Shown here: in pieces, positions 25,401 through 34,330 of the stretch
How the letters are laid out: every line of letters starts with the position of its first letter
How positions within the stretch are numbered: the first letter of the stretch is position 1
Virus record (IMG/VR): IMGVR_UViG_3300037760_000105
Span: 1 to 43,750 of that record
Source of the DNA: a virus
Lineage: Duplodnaviria > Caudoviricetes
Length of the DNA: 43,750 nucleotides
Reading direction: 5' to 3' (one strand)
The notes under the pieces: model-generated
Seen by the model: only the letters and a program-made list of their open reading frames with translations
Told to the model about the DNA's origin: nothing
Databases searched by the model: none
Program-made: the position numbers and the translations under genes

Positions 25401-25660
25401 CGTCCCCCTCCTCGCCTCGACCCGGAGAGACGCGCGAGGCGGGAGAGGGCCCTATCGAGAGCGAGGCATCCCGGGATCCGGTCGCTCGTGAACTCCCCGC
25501 GCCGGCTCCGCTCCGCTGCCCTGACGACGGCCTCCATGGCGCGCAGCTCGCGGTGGAACGCCTCGGTTACGTCTACGGGGTACCGCTCGCCCCGGTTAAC
25601 CGTGACGGCGAAGGAGTCGGCCACTTCCCGCAATGTCGGCGCGATCGTCTTACGTGCCAC
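25397..25660 (-). CDS. Hypothetical protein, paralogue of 27726-27971
   Basis: 'RELRAMEAVVRAAER...LDRALSRLARLSG'. Confidence 0.6.
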   Translation of the reverse strand: MARKTIAPTLREVADSFAVTVNRGERYPVDVTEAFHRELRAMEAVVRAAERSRRGEFTSDRIPGCLALDRALSRLARLSGSRRGGGR

Positions 25661-25934
25661 GTTCCGCCTCCTCTCCCGGGACCACGGGGGCGGGCACGGC
25701 GAGATAGAAGGCGTCGGGGTTCGCCCGCAGCGCGTGGGCCTCGGTGTCGGCTGACATCGCGCGCTTGAAAAGGTCCCCCTCAATCTCGTCGAGCCACCCC
25801 CGGAGCTCGAGCGTTAGGTCGGTATCGAGCGCCCAGCGCACGCGCCGGATCGCGCCTGCGCACTCGAGGAGCCCGCCCGACAGAACGAGGCACGTCCGTA
25901 TGCGCCTCTCGGCCAACCTCTCCGCGTCCGTCAT
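25650..25934 (-). CDS. Hypothetical protein
   Basis: ATGA-coupled to the upstream gene, purine-rich RBS. Confidence 0.5.
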   Translation of the reverse strand: MTDAERLAERRIRTCLVLSGGLLECAGAIRRVRWALDTDLTLELRGWLDEIEGDLFKRAMSADTEAHALRANPDAFYLAVPAPVVPGEEAERGT

Positions 25935-26434
25935 CTCACCCTCTCCTCTCCGTTGTCGTCCGTACCCGTGCCCGCCGTGCCCTCTCCGTCTCCGGGGGAC
26001 GAGGGGGCGACGCACCCGCACTCGTACCAACCGCCGGTCTGGGTCACGGCTCCCGTGAGCGGGGCACCATGCTCGGGGCACCGCGTGTCGCTGGCGGTCG
26101 CGCTCCCCGGGGACGAGGATAGGGCGCGGACCTCCTGTAGCTGGCGCAGGCACACGGCCCAACCCTGCGACGCCCCGCCCTCGATGTGGGTACGCCAGCG
26201 GCCGATCAGTCCGTCGATCGCGTCACGGAGCCCCGCCTCCTCCCGGGAGGCGCGCGCGGCGCGGAGCGCGTCGCACAGTCGGTCGTACTCCTGCCGCGCC
26301 GAGAGAGCCGCCGCACGCCAGTGGTCGAGGTCGTCCGGCTCGGCCTCGGCGTGGCTCTCCCTGACGAGGATCCCCAGCGCCTTGATGATCGCGCCGTCGC
26401 GCGTCTCGGGCAGCGCCTTACGTCGTGGGCTCAT
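25931..26434 (-). CDS. Hypothetical protein with C-terminal zinc-ribbon
   Basis: GGAGGAGG RBS; 'CPEHG...YECGC'. Confidence 0.5.
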   Translation of the reverse strand: MSPRRKALPETRDGAIIKALGILVRESHAEAEPDDLDHWRAAALSARQEYDRLCDALRAARASREEAGLRDAIDGLIGRWRTHIEGGASQGWAVCLRQLQEVRALSSSPGSATASDTRCPEHGAPLTGAVTQTGGWYECGCVAPSSPGDGEGTAGTGTDDNGEERVR

Positions 26435-26873
26435 TGTGGTCCTCCTCCTTCCCGCTCCCGGCGAGGGCGGCGCGGGCGCGGCGCGTGGCGGCGGCAATCA
26501 TCGACGGCGACGGTCGCGGATATGCCAACTGTCGTTCGATTTTCTCCACGTAGGCCTGCAATGCCCCCCGGAGCCTCTCGTCCTCCTCCCGTGCGTCCCA
26601 TAGCTCCGCGAGCGCCGCCGTCAGCGCACTCTGCGACCCGGCGAGCTGACGACGGAGGGCGCGGACCTCGCACATCGGCACCACGCACAGATCGTCCGGC
26701 AGCGCCTCGTCATCCGGGTTTGACCGGAGCGTGTCGCTACCCTCCACCGTGGAGGGCGTGGGCGAAACTCGGGGGGTGAGTTCTCGCCAGTTCTCGCAGC
26801 ACAGCGTGCGCCTGTGCGGCGCCCCTCCCGATCTCATGTCGCACACACCCAGGGGGCCATCGGTGTCGATCAT
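26418..26873 (-). CDS. Hypothetical coiled-coil protein
   Basis: ATGA-coupled, AAGGAG RBS; 'EEDERLRGALQ...RARAALA'. Confidence 0.5.
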   Translation of the reverse strand: MIDTDGPLGVCDMRSGGAPHRRTLCCENWRELTPRVSPTPSTVEGSDTLRSNPDDEALPDDLCVVPMCEVRALRRQLAGSQSALTAALAELWDAREEDERLRGALQAYVEKIERQLAYPRPSPSMIAAATRRARAALAGSGKEEDHNEPTT

Positions 26874-27235
26874 CGCTTCGTCTCCTTGCTCCGGGAGGGG
26901 AGGGCGGTACGGGACCAGACGCCGCCAGCCGTCTCGCGTGTGCGCCATCGGCACTGGAGCCACTGCGGGTCCTGGGCGGCGCTCAGCGCGCGGGCGAGGA
27001 AGGTGCGGTAGCGGTCGGCGCGGAGCACCCACATTTCGCGGCTGTCGCGGGCGCGGCGCATGATCCGAATCGTCTCCGTGTGGCTGTCCTCCTCATGGCA
27101 CAACTTCGCCATGAGGTCGCGGACCCGCTCCTCGACCGCCTTGAGCGTGCTCGCGTAGTTGTCCACCTCCGCGCGCAGCCTCTCGATCTCCTGCTGCATG
27201 GCCGCCTCGCGGCGCAGATCCGGGGCGTCCATCAC
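26870..27235 (-). CDS. Hypothetical coiled-coil protein
   Basis: 'QQEIERLRAEVD'; coupled on both sides. Confidence 0.55.
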   Translation of the reverse strand: MMDAPDLRREAAMQQEIERLRAEVDNYASTLKAVEERVRDLMAKLCHEEDSHTETIRIMRRARDSREMWVLRADRYRTFLARALSAAQDPQWLQCRWRTRETAGGVWSRTALPSRSKETKR

Positions 27236-27729
27236 GGCCTCCCTGCGATGACGCGGATCGGGATTGACGGGGCGCGGCGGGCTTCCTCGATCTTCTCGAG
27301 CCGACGCTCGATGGCGCGGGCCGCGTCCTTAAATCCGCGACGGACGGCCCAGGTGTAGGCGTCGCGGAGCACGTCCGCCCGCCCCGCGTGATAGAAGGCG
27401 TGGCACCCGCGGCAGATCGCAGCGACCGTATCCGACCGCTCCGCTGCCCGCCGCAGCGGCCCGCTCAGGATGTGGTGGGTGTCAAGGTTGCCGGAGTCCT
27501 CGCCACAGAACTCGCACCGCCCCGCCGCCCGCTCCATAACGGCAAAGTGGATCGCCGCCATACGGTCGATGCGCTCCTCCCTCTTGGCCTCCTTCGCGAT
27601 TCGCGAACCGGCCCGCTTCCCGCTCTTGCGCGCCTTCGCGGCCCGGATCTCCGCGAGCCGCCCGTCGATCGCGGCGACCATGTCCGTCGCCTCGCGGATG
27701 CGGCGGAGCTGGCGTTCCTCGGAGGTCAT
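27232..27729 (-). CDS. HNH nuclease-domain protein
   Basis: 'RAAGRCEFCG....LDTHHI...AICRGCH..YH'. Confidence 0.8.
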   Translation of the reverse strand: MTSEERQLRRIREATDMVAAIDGRLAEIRAAKARKSGKRAGSRIAKEAKREERIDRMAAIHFAVMERAAGRCEFCGEDSGNLDTHHILSGPLRRAAERSDTVAAICRGCHAFYHAGRADVLRDAYTWAVRRGFKDAARAIERRLEKIEEARRAPSIPIRVIAGRP

Positions 27730-27971
27730 CGGGGATCCTTGCCTGAGAGGCGATCAAGGCGAGACAGGGCGTCACGTAGCGGCTTGGCGTATTGGATGCC
27801 GTCGCGCACAATGAAGTGCCCCGGGCGCCTCACGATGAGTCGCTCCGCCGCCCTCGCCACAGCCTTGAGTGCTCGGACCTCCTTCGCGAGCGGCTTGTGC
27901 CACTGGAGCCCGTAGCGGTCGCACTCTGCCAACCAGTATTCAAGGCGCGGCGTGCTTGGTTTACGTGCCAT
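27726..27971 (-). CDS. Hypothetical protein, paralogue of 25397-25660
   Basis: 'KEVRALKAVARAAER...LRDALSRLDRLSG'. Confidence 0.6.
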   Translation of the reverse strand: MARKPSTPRLEYWLAECDRYGLQWHKPLAKEVRALKAVARAAERLIVRRPGHFIVRDGIQYAKPLRDALSRLDRLSGKDPR

Positions 27972-28167
27972 ATTCCTCGTTCCCCTCCCCGCGCTCCCCG
28001 CGCGTCCCGCTCTCCGCCTGCATGATTGCCGCGTCGATCGTGGCTCCGTAGAAATGCCTGGCCCCGTGATCCGTATAGACCGTGACCCCAAATGGCGTGG
28101 CTCCCCCGTCGAGACGGATCATCGGGTGGCGCTTGAGCAGGGCGCGCAGGGCGTCGAGGGTGGTCAC
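27961..28167 (-). CDS. Hypothetical protein
   Basis: GTG start right after the upstream stop; 'FYGATIDAAIMQA'. Confidence 0.5.
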   Translation of the reverse strand: MTTLDALRALLKRHPMIRLDGGATPFGVTVYTDHGARHFYGATIDAAIMQAESGTRGERGEGNEEYGT

Positions 28168-28168
28168 G

Positions 28169-28660
28169 TCAGAAAACCTCGCCCGTCTCGGCGTCCACGA
28201 TCTCACCGCCGAGGATCTCTGCCGCGGCCTCGATCTCCGGGGGCGGCGGCTTCGGCGCGGCCTTGCCCGTGGGCACCAGCGTGATCTTCTGCGGGCGCTT
28301 GCGAGGCAACTTCAGCTCGAACGTCACGGGGGCGGCGATGTCCGGGCTCCCCTTGACGCGGATTCCGAGCAGGCGCTCCTTGCCGAACTGCACCATCTCC
28401 GCGGCGAGCGTGACCCGTTTGCCCGTCCACTGGTCCGTTTCGGGCGTGGTGAACAGGGCAGAGAGGGCCTGCGCGCTGGTCTTGTTGAGCACCCACCCGC
28501 GCTTGGTCTCACGGAAGTAGACGACGGGCCGCGCCTTCGTCTTGCCCTTGTCGTCCTCGAGATCGAGCACCCTCACGTGCTCAATGGTGAGCGTCGGGGT
28601 CTTGCCGTCGAACTCCACGGCGGCGATGTAGTCACCCTTGAATGCGGCCAAGATGTTCAT
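28169..28660 (-). CDS. Putative recombination/ssDNA-binding partner of the RecE-like exonuclease
   Basis: 'YIAAVEF.GK..TLTI', 'VLNKTSA', 'QWTGKRVTL', 'GIRV'; acidic-aromatic C-tail 'VDAETGEVF'. Confidence 0.6.
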   Translation of the reverse strand: MNILAAFKGDYIAAVEFDGKTPTLTIEHVRVLDLEDDKGKTKARPVVYFRETKRGWVLNKTSAQALSALFTTPETDQWTGKRVTLAAEMVQFGKERLLGIRVKGSPDIAAPVTFELKLPRKRPQKITLVPTGKAAPKPPPPEIEAAAEILGGEIVDAETGEVF

Positions 28661-29172
28661 GCTGCCTCCTTGCGAATCTCGCCTCGCACGATGCGCGACA
28701 CGTGCGCCTGTGTGGTTGCAAACATCTCCGCTAGATCCCGCTGCCGCACTCCGCCTGCCGCATACAGCGCGCGGATTCGCGCCACGTGCCGATCGCTCAA
28801 ATGGCACCAGCCATTACGTTCGCCGCGCGCTCGCGTCTCCGGGCGCGTAAGCGCGCCGTTGTCGGCACCGGAGGGGTGACGGGACCGACCCTTCACTTCG
28901 CAGTCACGCACATTGTCTGCCTGCGTCCCCACTATGAGGTGGTCTGGCCGCACGCACGACGGATTGTCACATCGATGCAGCACCACATGGCCGGCCGGAA
29001 TCGGCCCGCTGGTTAGTTCAACGGCAAAGCGGTGCGCGCGGACAGTCCTCCCGTCGACATCGAAGGCCCCGTATCCCCGGCGGCGGTCGTGCTTGCGCCC
29101 CCTCCACTCCCAGCAGTCGCCGGACTTATCCACTCGCGCCCAGAACAGGGCGGCAACGGTTGCGGGGGTCAC
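28657..29172 (-). CDS. HNH homing endonuclease (HNH_3-like) with C-terminal HTH
   Basis: 'FWARVDKSGDCWEW', 'RAHR', 'VLHRCDNPSCVRPDHL..GT..DN..D...KGR'. Confidence 0.9.
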   Translation of the reverse strand: MTPATVAALFWARVDKSGDCWEWRGRKHDRRRGYGAFDVDGRTVRAHRFAVELTSGPIPAGHVVLHRCDNPSCVRPDHLIVGTQADNVRDCEVKGRSRHPSGADNGALTRPETRARGERNGWCHLSDRHVARIRALYAAGGVRQRDLAEMFATTQAHVSRIVRGEIRKEAA

Positions 29173-29978
29173 GCCGCCTCCTCGCCGACCATGAGTCCCC
29201 AAACGTCGGCATCATCGCGAGCCACCCATGGCGGCAACGAAAGGGCTACGGCCGCGTCGGAGTAGCGCCCCGGCCACTTTCCAGACGAGCGCCCGGCTGC
29301 GACCCTGGCGAGAAGGTCCGCGACCTCGAGCTCGCCGGCGTAAAGCAGGTCGTCGTCCAACTCCAGGACCGCCACGTCATGCGGCGCCGCAGCCTCGACG
29401 GCGATGATCTTGGGCGCCGGCGCGTCCAGTCCGTTCGCGGCGAGGCCAGCGCGGTAGAAGGCAAGCTGCATGTGGTAGCCGAACCGGTACGCCGTCGCGG
29501 CGAAGCGGTCGCGGTCGATGTCGGCCGCGGTCTTGAGGTCAGCCAGGAGGCCGGGGCGCCACCAGTCGAGCCGCGCCTTGCACGGCAGCCCCGTCTCCTC
29601 GTCGGTCCAGGTCAGCACCTTCTCTGCCTCGCCGGGCGGAGTCAGTGCCGGCCCCGCGATCGGGTGCGAGCGGACGGCGTCGCGCATGGCGAGGCACGTC
29701 TCGTACTCGGCGCGCTTCAGGATCGTCTGGTCCGGGTGCTGCTCGCAGAAGGACGCCCACTCCTTGCCGGCGCGGCGCTCGCCCATAAAGACGGCGTAGT
29801 CAATGGCAAACCGGTCGGGCTCGAACACGGCCGTATGCGTCGCGCGGCCGAGGCCGAGGCGCGGCGTGTCCTCCATCGGGTGCGCCTGCCGGTAGGCGTA
29901 GTGGAGCGGGCTCTTGCGCATCTCCTTCAGACTGGAGGCGTTGACCGCGTCGATCTTCAGGTACTCGGCAAAGTTCAT
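29169..29978 (-). CDS. PD-(D/E)XK exonuclease, RecE/exonuclease VIII-like (DUF3799)
   Basis: 'NASSLK', 'LGRATHTAVFEP', 'ETGLPCKARLD', 'DLKT', 'YHMQLAFY'. Confidence 0.88.
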   Translation of the reverse strand: MNFAEYLKIDAVNASSLKEMRKSPLHYAYRQAHPMEDTPRLGLGRATHTAVFEPDRFAIDYAVFMGERRAGKEWASFCEQHPDQTILKRAEYETCLAMRDAVRSHPIAGPALTPPGEAEKVLTWTDEETGLPCKARLDWWRPGLLADLKTAADIDRDRFAATAYRFGYHMQLAFYRAGLAANGLDAPAPKIIAVEAAAPHDVAVLELDDDLLYAGELEVADLLARVAAGRSSGKWPGRYSDAAVALSLPPWVARDDADVWGLMVGEEAA

Positions 29979-30084
29979 GACGTTCTCCAGCTGGGCGGGG
30001 CCGACGGTGAGCCAATCCCACCGCCGACCCCGTCTGCCGCGCCCGCCCCTCGCACGCACGAGATTGGGCGGGCGGCCCGGACTG

Positions 30085-30606
30085 CTAGTCCTTGCTGCCG
30101 ATCTCCGCCCGCAGTCGCTCCACCTCGGCCGCGACCGCCACCCGGTCCACGTCGGACAGGGCATGATCCCCGACCTCACCGCCGAACCGCAGGATCGTCC
30201 GCGCCACCGACTCGATGAGGCAGCGGTGCGCGAGTTCGTGGTCCTGCGCCATGAGGGCGCGCGACCACCGAACCTTCAGATCGTCCCCGCGCGCCTCTTC
30301 GAGCTCGAGCTCGATGCGCATTCGGATCTCGCGCGCTATGCGCTCCACGTCGTTCGCGTTGTCGAGCCGCTTCTGCAACTCCTGGATCTTCTCGTCCTTC
30401 GTCATGGCGTTCTCCTTCGGCGTGACGGCCGCGAGAGCCGTAGCGATCATCGGGTGGACCGTCGGAGCGCGTCCCGCTGCCCCCGCCTTGCATTCACACG
30501 GCTGGTCGCAGACGCGGCCGAGGTCCGAGCACCGCTTGCACGTCGTCGGATCGTTGACCGCGACGTCCTCTCCGGTGGGGTCGATTGCGTGGACGGGGAT
30601 TGTCAT
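30085..30606 (-). CDS. Hypothetical protein: Cys-rich N-part and coiled-coil C-part; second strong internal start at 30405
   Basis: RBS GAAAGGAA before 30606 and AAGGAG before in-frame ATG 30405. Confidence 0.55.
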   Translation of the reverse strand: MTIPVHAIDPTGEDVAVNDPTTCKRCSDLGRVCDQPCECKAGAAGRAPTVHPMIATALAAVTPKENAMTKDEKIQELQKRLDNANDVERIAREIRMRIELELEEARGDDLKVRWSRALMAQDHELAHRCLIESVARTILRFGGEVGDHALSDVDRVAVAAEVERLRAEIGSKD

Positions 30607-31988
30607 GGTCAGTTCCTTTCTTGCGGCGCAACAAGGTGAAGGCGTGACGTGCGCTCAGTCGCGGCAGCGCGGCTATCCGGGTACAACTCGGGGTAGAGCC
30701 ACATATCCAGCGCAGTCGGCGGCTTGTCGCATCCGGTGTCGTGCCGCGAGTGGTAGCTCCGCGATCCACAGTGCTCGCGGCACATGCGACCGTTGCCCGT
30801 TTCCTTGGTCGCGTGGCATCCCGGCCACGCCGGCTCCCAGCAGTCCAGGACCCAGCAGAAGTACCCGGGGCCGCGGTGGAGGAAGATGCCGACGATCCGA
30901 AGTCCGCGAGCGACGGCCATCAGCGCAAGCCACGGCGCGCGCAGGACCCAGGGGATTGCGTTCTCAGTGGACATTGTAGGTTTCCTCCAACTCTTCCCTT
31001 GTGTCGAAAAGGTCCGGCCATGCCGCGTCGGCACAGTCCTCACAGCAGGGGACCAGCTCGCCCCCGAGGCGGACCCAGGTCACCTCGTCACGGTCCAGCG
31101 GGCTGTCGCAGTCGAAGCACCGGTGGTCGGTCATGGCGTCTCTCCTCGCGCCTTGGCGAGCGCGGCGCGGGCGCCGTTGAGCGTCGCTAGGCCGGGGACC
31201 GTGAGCCCACCCGCCTTCTCGGGCACCTCCATCAACGCGACGAGGTGCGCGAGTTCCCGGTACAAGTCCGGCGCGGCGGCGACGAGGCTCGCGGTCGCTC
31301 GTCGCTCGGCGCGGTCAACCACATCAACAATCACGATCGTCTCGTCGTACTTGCCCGCCCGGATGTCGTCATTGGCGTCTCTCCGCCACGGCCCCACCGT
31401 CCACGTCGTCTCGTTCGCGCCGCTCACGATCGCCTCCCCGCCGCCACGACCCCCAGGAACGTGCAGCGCCGCCCCGTCGCCACCGCCCACAGGCACCGGC
31501 ACAGCGCCCGAGCGCCAAACAGACGGGCAATCAGGAGGGGGTGGAGAGCCACGTCGCTGCCGCGGATCGTTCCGGTCATGACTCCGTCTCCTTGTCCTCG
31601 TCGTCCCACGGTCCACCGTCGCAATCCTCGACGGGACCGAGCTGGTTGCTCCAGTAGCTCCGCTCCCTGCGCTCCTCGCGCCGGCGCTCCTCGCGCATGA
31701 CTTCGCGGTCCTGGTCTGTGTCGGCCATGGCTATCCCCCGAACACGACGCGCCACGCCCAGACGACGACCGCCAGCGGCACCAGCACGCTGATCGCAATC
31801 GTCATCGTGGCAGCCAGCAGCGTTGCAACGGTCTCGAGTGTGCCCATCGCTTCCTCCCGTGCGTCGTTCCGTCGGCTGGTCCCGCGTCCGCGGGTCCGCG
31901 CTGTGTCCAGGTCGAGGGCCGTCGCTCTAGGAGCCGCTGTCTCTGGCTGGACTGCGCTGCCTTGTCGATTACTGCAAGGTACGCGTCA

Positions 31989-32033
31989 GAGATACGCTTG
32001 CCCGAAACTTGTGTCAAGGGGCAAGTTGTCGGG
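31989..32033 (-). promoter_or_regulatory. Putative leftward early promoter (PL) overlapped by an operator-like inverted repeat
   Basis: On the - strand: CCCGACAACTTG-CCCC-TTGACA-CAAGTTTCGGG; TTGACA at 32017-32012; -10 is weak (TATCTC). Confidence 0.65.
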
Positions 32034-32038
32034 CGACG

Positions 32039-32070
32039 CAAAAAGGCGCGGCCCGTATCGGACCGCGCCC
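32039..32070 (-). terminator. Intrinsic terminator for the leftward repressor transcript
   Basis: - strand GGGCGCGGTCC-GATAC-GGGCCGCGCC followed by a T-run. Confidence 0.8.
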
Positions 32071-32101
32071 TATGGAGGGGGGTGGTGTGGGGGCGTCGGG
32101 G

Positions 32102-32344
32102 CTAGCGGCTGGTCACCCGTGCGCGCAGGGCCACGAAACGCGGGGCCAGTTCCCGGAGGGTGTCGAGGAGGTACTCCGCCCCGTGCTCCGGTTCGGGCCC
32201 GTCAGCCGCGATGAGCGCGAGCTGGGCGGCGTGGTTGATGTGCTCTGCAAGGGCCCGCACCTCGGCCGAAAGGTCAAGTGCGGCGGCGATGGACGTGGGG
32301 GGCGTCTGCTGCTCGGTCCCCCGGCGAGCGTGCGCTTGTGCCAT
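32102..32344 (-). CDS. Hypothetical protein downstream of the repressor
   Basis: 80-aa helical ORF between the repressor gene and its terminator. Confidence 0.45.
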   Translation of the reverse strand: MAQAHARRGTEQQTPPTSIAAALDLSAEVRALAEHINHAAQLALIAADGPEPEHGAEYLLDTLRELAPRFVALRARVTSR

Positions 32345-32403
32345 TGGTCGGCACCGTACCGCACGGGGAGTGAGACTCCTATACCCTAATGAAGTGACGC
32401 CAG

Positions 32404-32766
32404 TTAGGTGGCGGACCGTGGGTACGTCTTTCGGGGTAGTGCGGCATCGATCCGCTCACCCTCGCTCCATGGGATCCAGGGCCACCCGGTCGGCGCGTCG
32501 AGGTGCTCGGCGATCTGTCCGATCTCCTCGACGGTGAGGGACGTGTAGACACCCCGCATCTTGTGGCTGAAGGCCTGCTCCGTCAGTCCCAGCGACAGGG
32601 CGACCTCCTTGCGCGACCCGCGACCGAGCTTTCGTAGCCGCTCGGCGATCTCGAGGGTCGCCCCCCGCGTCGTGTACCGCGTCATCGGTCCCCGGGCGCG
32701 CGCCATGTCGTCAGGGACAATACGCCGCATCCCCGCGTTTCGGGTGGGTCTTTTCTTGTGTGCCAC
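32404..32766 (-). CDS. CI-like XRE/HTH repressor (start uncertain: 32766, 32730 or 32706)
   Basis: 'SRKEVALSLGLTEQAFSHKMRG...LTVEEIGQIAEHL'; divergent from a second HTH gene; no S24 peptidase domain. Confidence 0.75.
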   Translation of the reverse strand: MAHKKRPTRNAGMRRIVPDDMARARGPMTRYTTRGATLEIAERLRKLGRGSRKEVALSLGLTEQAFSHKMRGVYTSLTVEEIGQIAEHLDAPTGWPWIPWSEGERIDAALPRKTYPRSAT

Positions 32767-32785
32767 CGCGAGGCCCTCCTGATGG

Positions 32786-32820
32786 TTGACGCCAGCGACA
32801 ACTTGCTTTAAATACACAAG
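32786..32820 (+). promoter_or_regulatory. Putative rightward promoter (PR) and operator
   Basis: TTGACG-17-TAAATA; contains CGACAACTTGC...ACACAAG, shared with the PL region. Confidence 0.6.
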
Positions 32821-32824
32821 GACG

Positions 32825-33103
32825 ATGGCTACGAGGACGCGGAAGTTCAAGCGCAGCGCAAAGGCCCGGAAGTTCGTGGTGGCGGTTGGGGCTGGCATCA
32901 AGACCCAGCGCAAACGGGGCGGCGTTACCCAGCGCACGCTCGCCCGCAAGCTCGACACGGACGTCCCCACCGTCTCGCGCATCGAGTCTGGAGACCGCGA
33001 CCTCCGCACGTCCGAACTGTACGAGGTCGGCGCCGCTCTCGGCGTGCCGCCGCGCGTCCTTGTCGATGTGCCGCTGAACGGGAGCGACGGGGAGGGCCGG
33101 TAG
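32825..33103 (+). CDS. Cro-like XRE/HTH regulator
   Basis: 'IKTQRKRGGVTQRTLARKLDTDVPTVSRIESG....TSELYEVGAALGV'. Confidence 0.85.
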   Translation: MATRTRKFKRSAKARKFVVAVGAGIKTQRKRGGVTQRTLARKLDTDVPTVSRIESGDRDLRTSELYEVGAALGVPPRVLVDVPLNGSDGEGR

Positions 33104-33562
33104 ATGGGAGGGCGCCGCCCCGACCGCGAACCCGACGAGCACGGATGGTACCCGTGCGCTTGGTGTGGCGCGCCCGGAACCGCCGTTGTTCTGGGTGCAC
33201 CATGCGAGCCGTGCGTCACCGACCGAAGTCGGCGGACGTATTTCGCCGTAACGCCGTGCGGAAGGGCCGTGAAGATCGGGGGTTCCTGGCGGCCTGAATC
33301 TCGTGTCGGCAATGATGGGTGCGACATTCGCAGGGCTGAGCGCGCCATGGGCGTGGGGCGTGTGGCCCTGTTCCGCGTGTACGGCGACGACGTCGAGCGG
33401 TGGTGCCACCGCTTCATGGCGCCGGACCGCCTGACGGTCGGTTCTTACCGTGAGTGGTACGCCGTGGGCCCGCGGTTCCGTGTGCTCGTGTCCATGCTCG
33501 ACCGACGGTTCGCGCGTCTCTCGCGCGTCTCCCACCACCAGCACGAGTCGCAGGCCGCGTAG
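33104..33562 (+). CDS. T5orf172/GIY-YIG-like domain protein
   Basis: 'TYF.......VKIG.S..PESR', 'ERWCHRF....R.....REWY'. Confidence 0.65.
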   Translation: MGGRRPDREPDEHGWYPCAWCGAPGTAVVLGAPCEPCVTDRSRRTYFAVTPCGRAVKIGGSWRPESRVGNDGCDIRRAERAMGVGRVALFRVYGDDVERWCHRFMAPDRLTVGSYREWYAVGPRFRVLVSMLDRRFARLSRVSHHQHESQAA

Positions 33563-33584
33563 GTAGGCGCTTCGGAGGCTTTCC

Positions 33585-34055
33585 ATGGCGTTGAATGCTG
33601 CCCTAAGACCGACCGACAACGAGAGTCAACAGGCGACGTCGCACGTTGAGGGGCGCCCCGTTCAGCGCAGTTTCCGTGGGGTTATCCGCGGAGACTACGA
33701 AGATGAAGGCGCGGCCATCATCGCGGCCCTGTGCGACGACCTGGACTCCACGGGCCTCGCCGACGACGAGATCGCGGACCGCACCGGCATCGACAAGGCG
33801 CAGTTAAGCCGCATCCGCCGCGCGCAGGCTCATCCCCCGGGCCGACTGATCGCGTGGGCCATCGACCAGAGCCGACACCGCCCGCCGCGCTTCGTCGTGG
33901 CGACCTGCGCCGCTGCGGAGGGGGAGTTCAAGCCACGCCCGCCGCCCTCTGTCGAGGACAGGCACGCGGCGACGCTCGACGTGCTTCACGACATGGGTAT
34001 TGACGAGGTCGTGGCCTCCAAGGTCGCCCAGCGACTCGGGGTGACGCGGCCATGA
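33585..34055 (+). CDS. HTH regulator (CII-like position)
   Basis: GGAGG RBS; 'DDEIADRTGIDKAQLSRIRR'. Confidence 0.7.
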   Translation: MALNAALRPTDNESQQATSHVEGRPVQRSFRGVIRGDYEDEGAAIIAALCDDLDSTGLADDEIADRTGIDKAQLSRIRRAQAHPPGRLIAWAIDQSRHRPPRFVVATCAAAEGEFKPRPPPSVEDRHAATLDVLHDMGIDEVVASKVAQRLGVTRP

Positions 34056-34330
34056 CCCTCTTTGCCTATTGGACGCCGGATCGCGAGAGCGAGCTAAGCC
34101 ACTTCTGCGCGTCCCGCGGCTTACCCCCGGACGGACTCCGCCAGGAGGCGGCGATTGCTCGCGTGTACGCGCACTCGCTGGCGGCGCGAGCTGGTCACTA
34201 CGCGCGGCGGTTCGAGCGGGAGATGGCGCGCATGCTCGCGGACGCGTCCACGGCGGCGTGGGAGATGGGGTCGGCGTACGAGGCGACGGCGCACTTCGTC
34301 GCGGCGGTCGCTGCGGTGAGGGTGCGATGA
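34052..34330 (+). CDS. Hypothetical protein
   Basis: ATGA-coupled on both sides. Confidence 0.55.
   Translation: MTLFAYWTPDRESELSHFCASRGLPPDGLRQEAAIARVYAHSLAARAGHYARRFEREMARMLADASTAAWEMGSAYEATAHFVAAVAAVRVR

Noticed and set aside
32404-33417. 337-aa repressor as given in the ORF track
   Set aside because: The extension overlaps the divergent Cro-like gene and promoter; only the last ~100-120 codons are credible.
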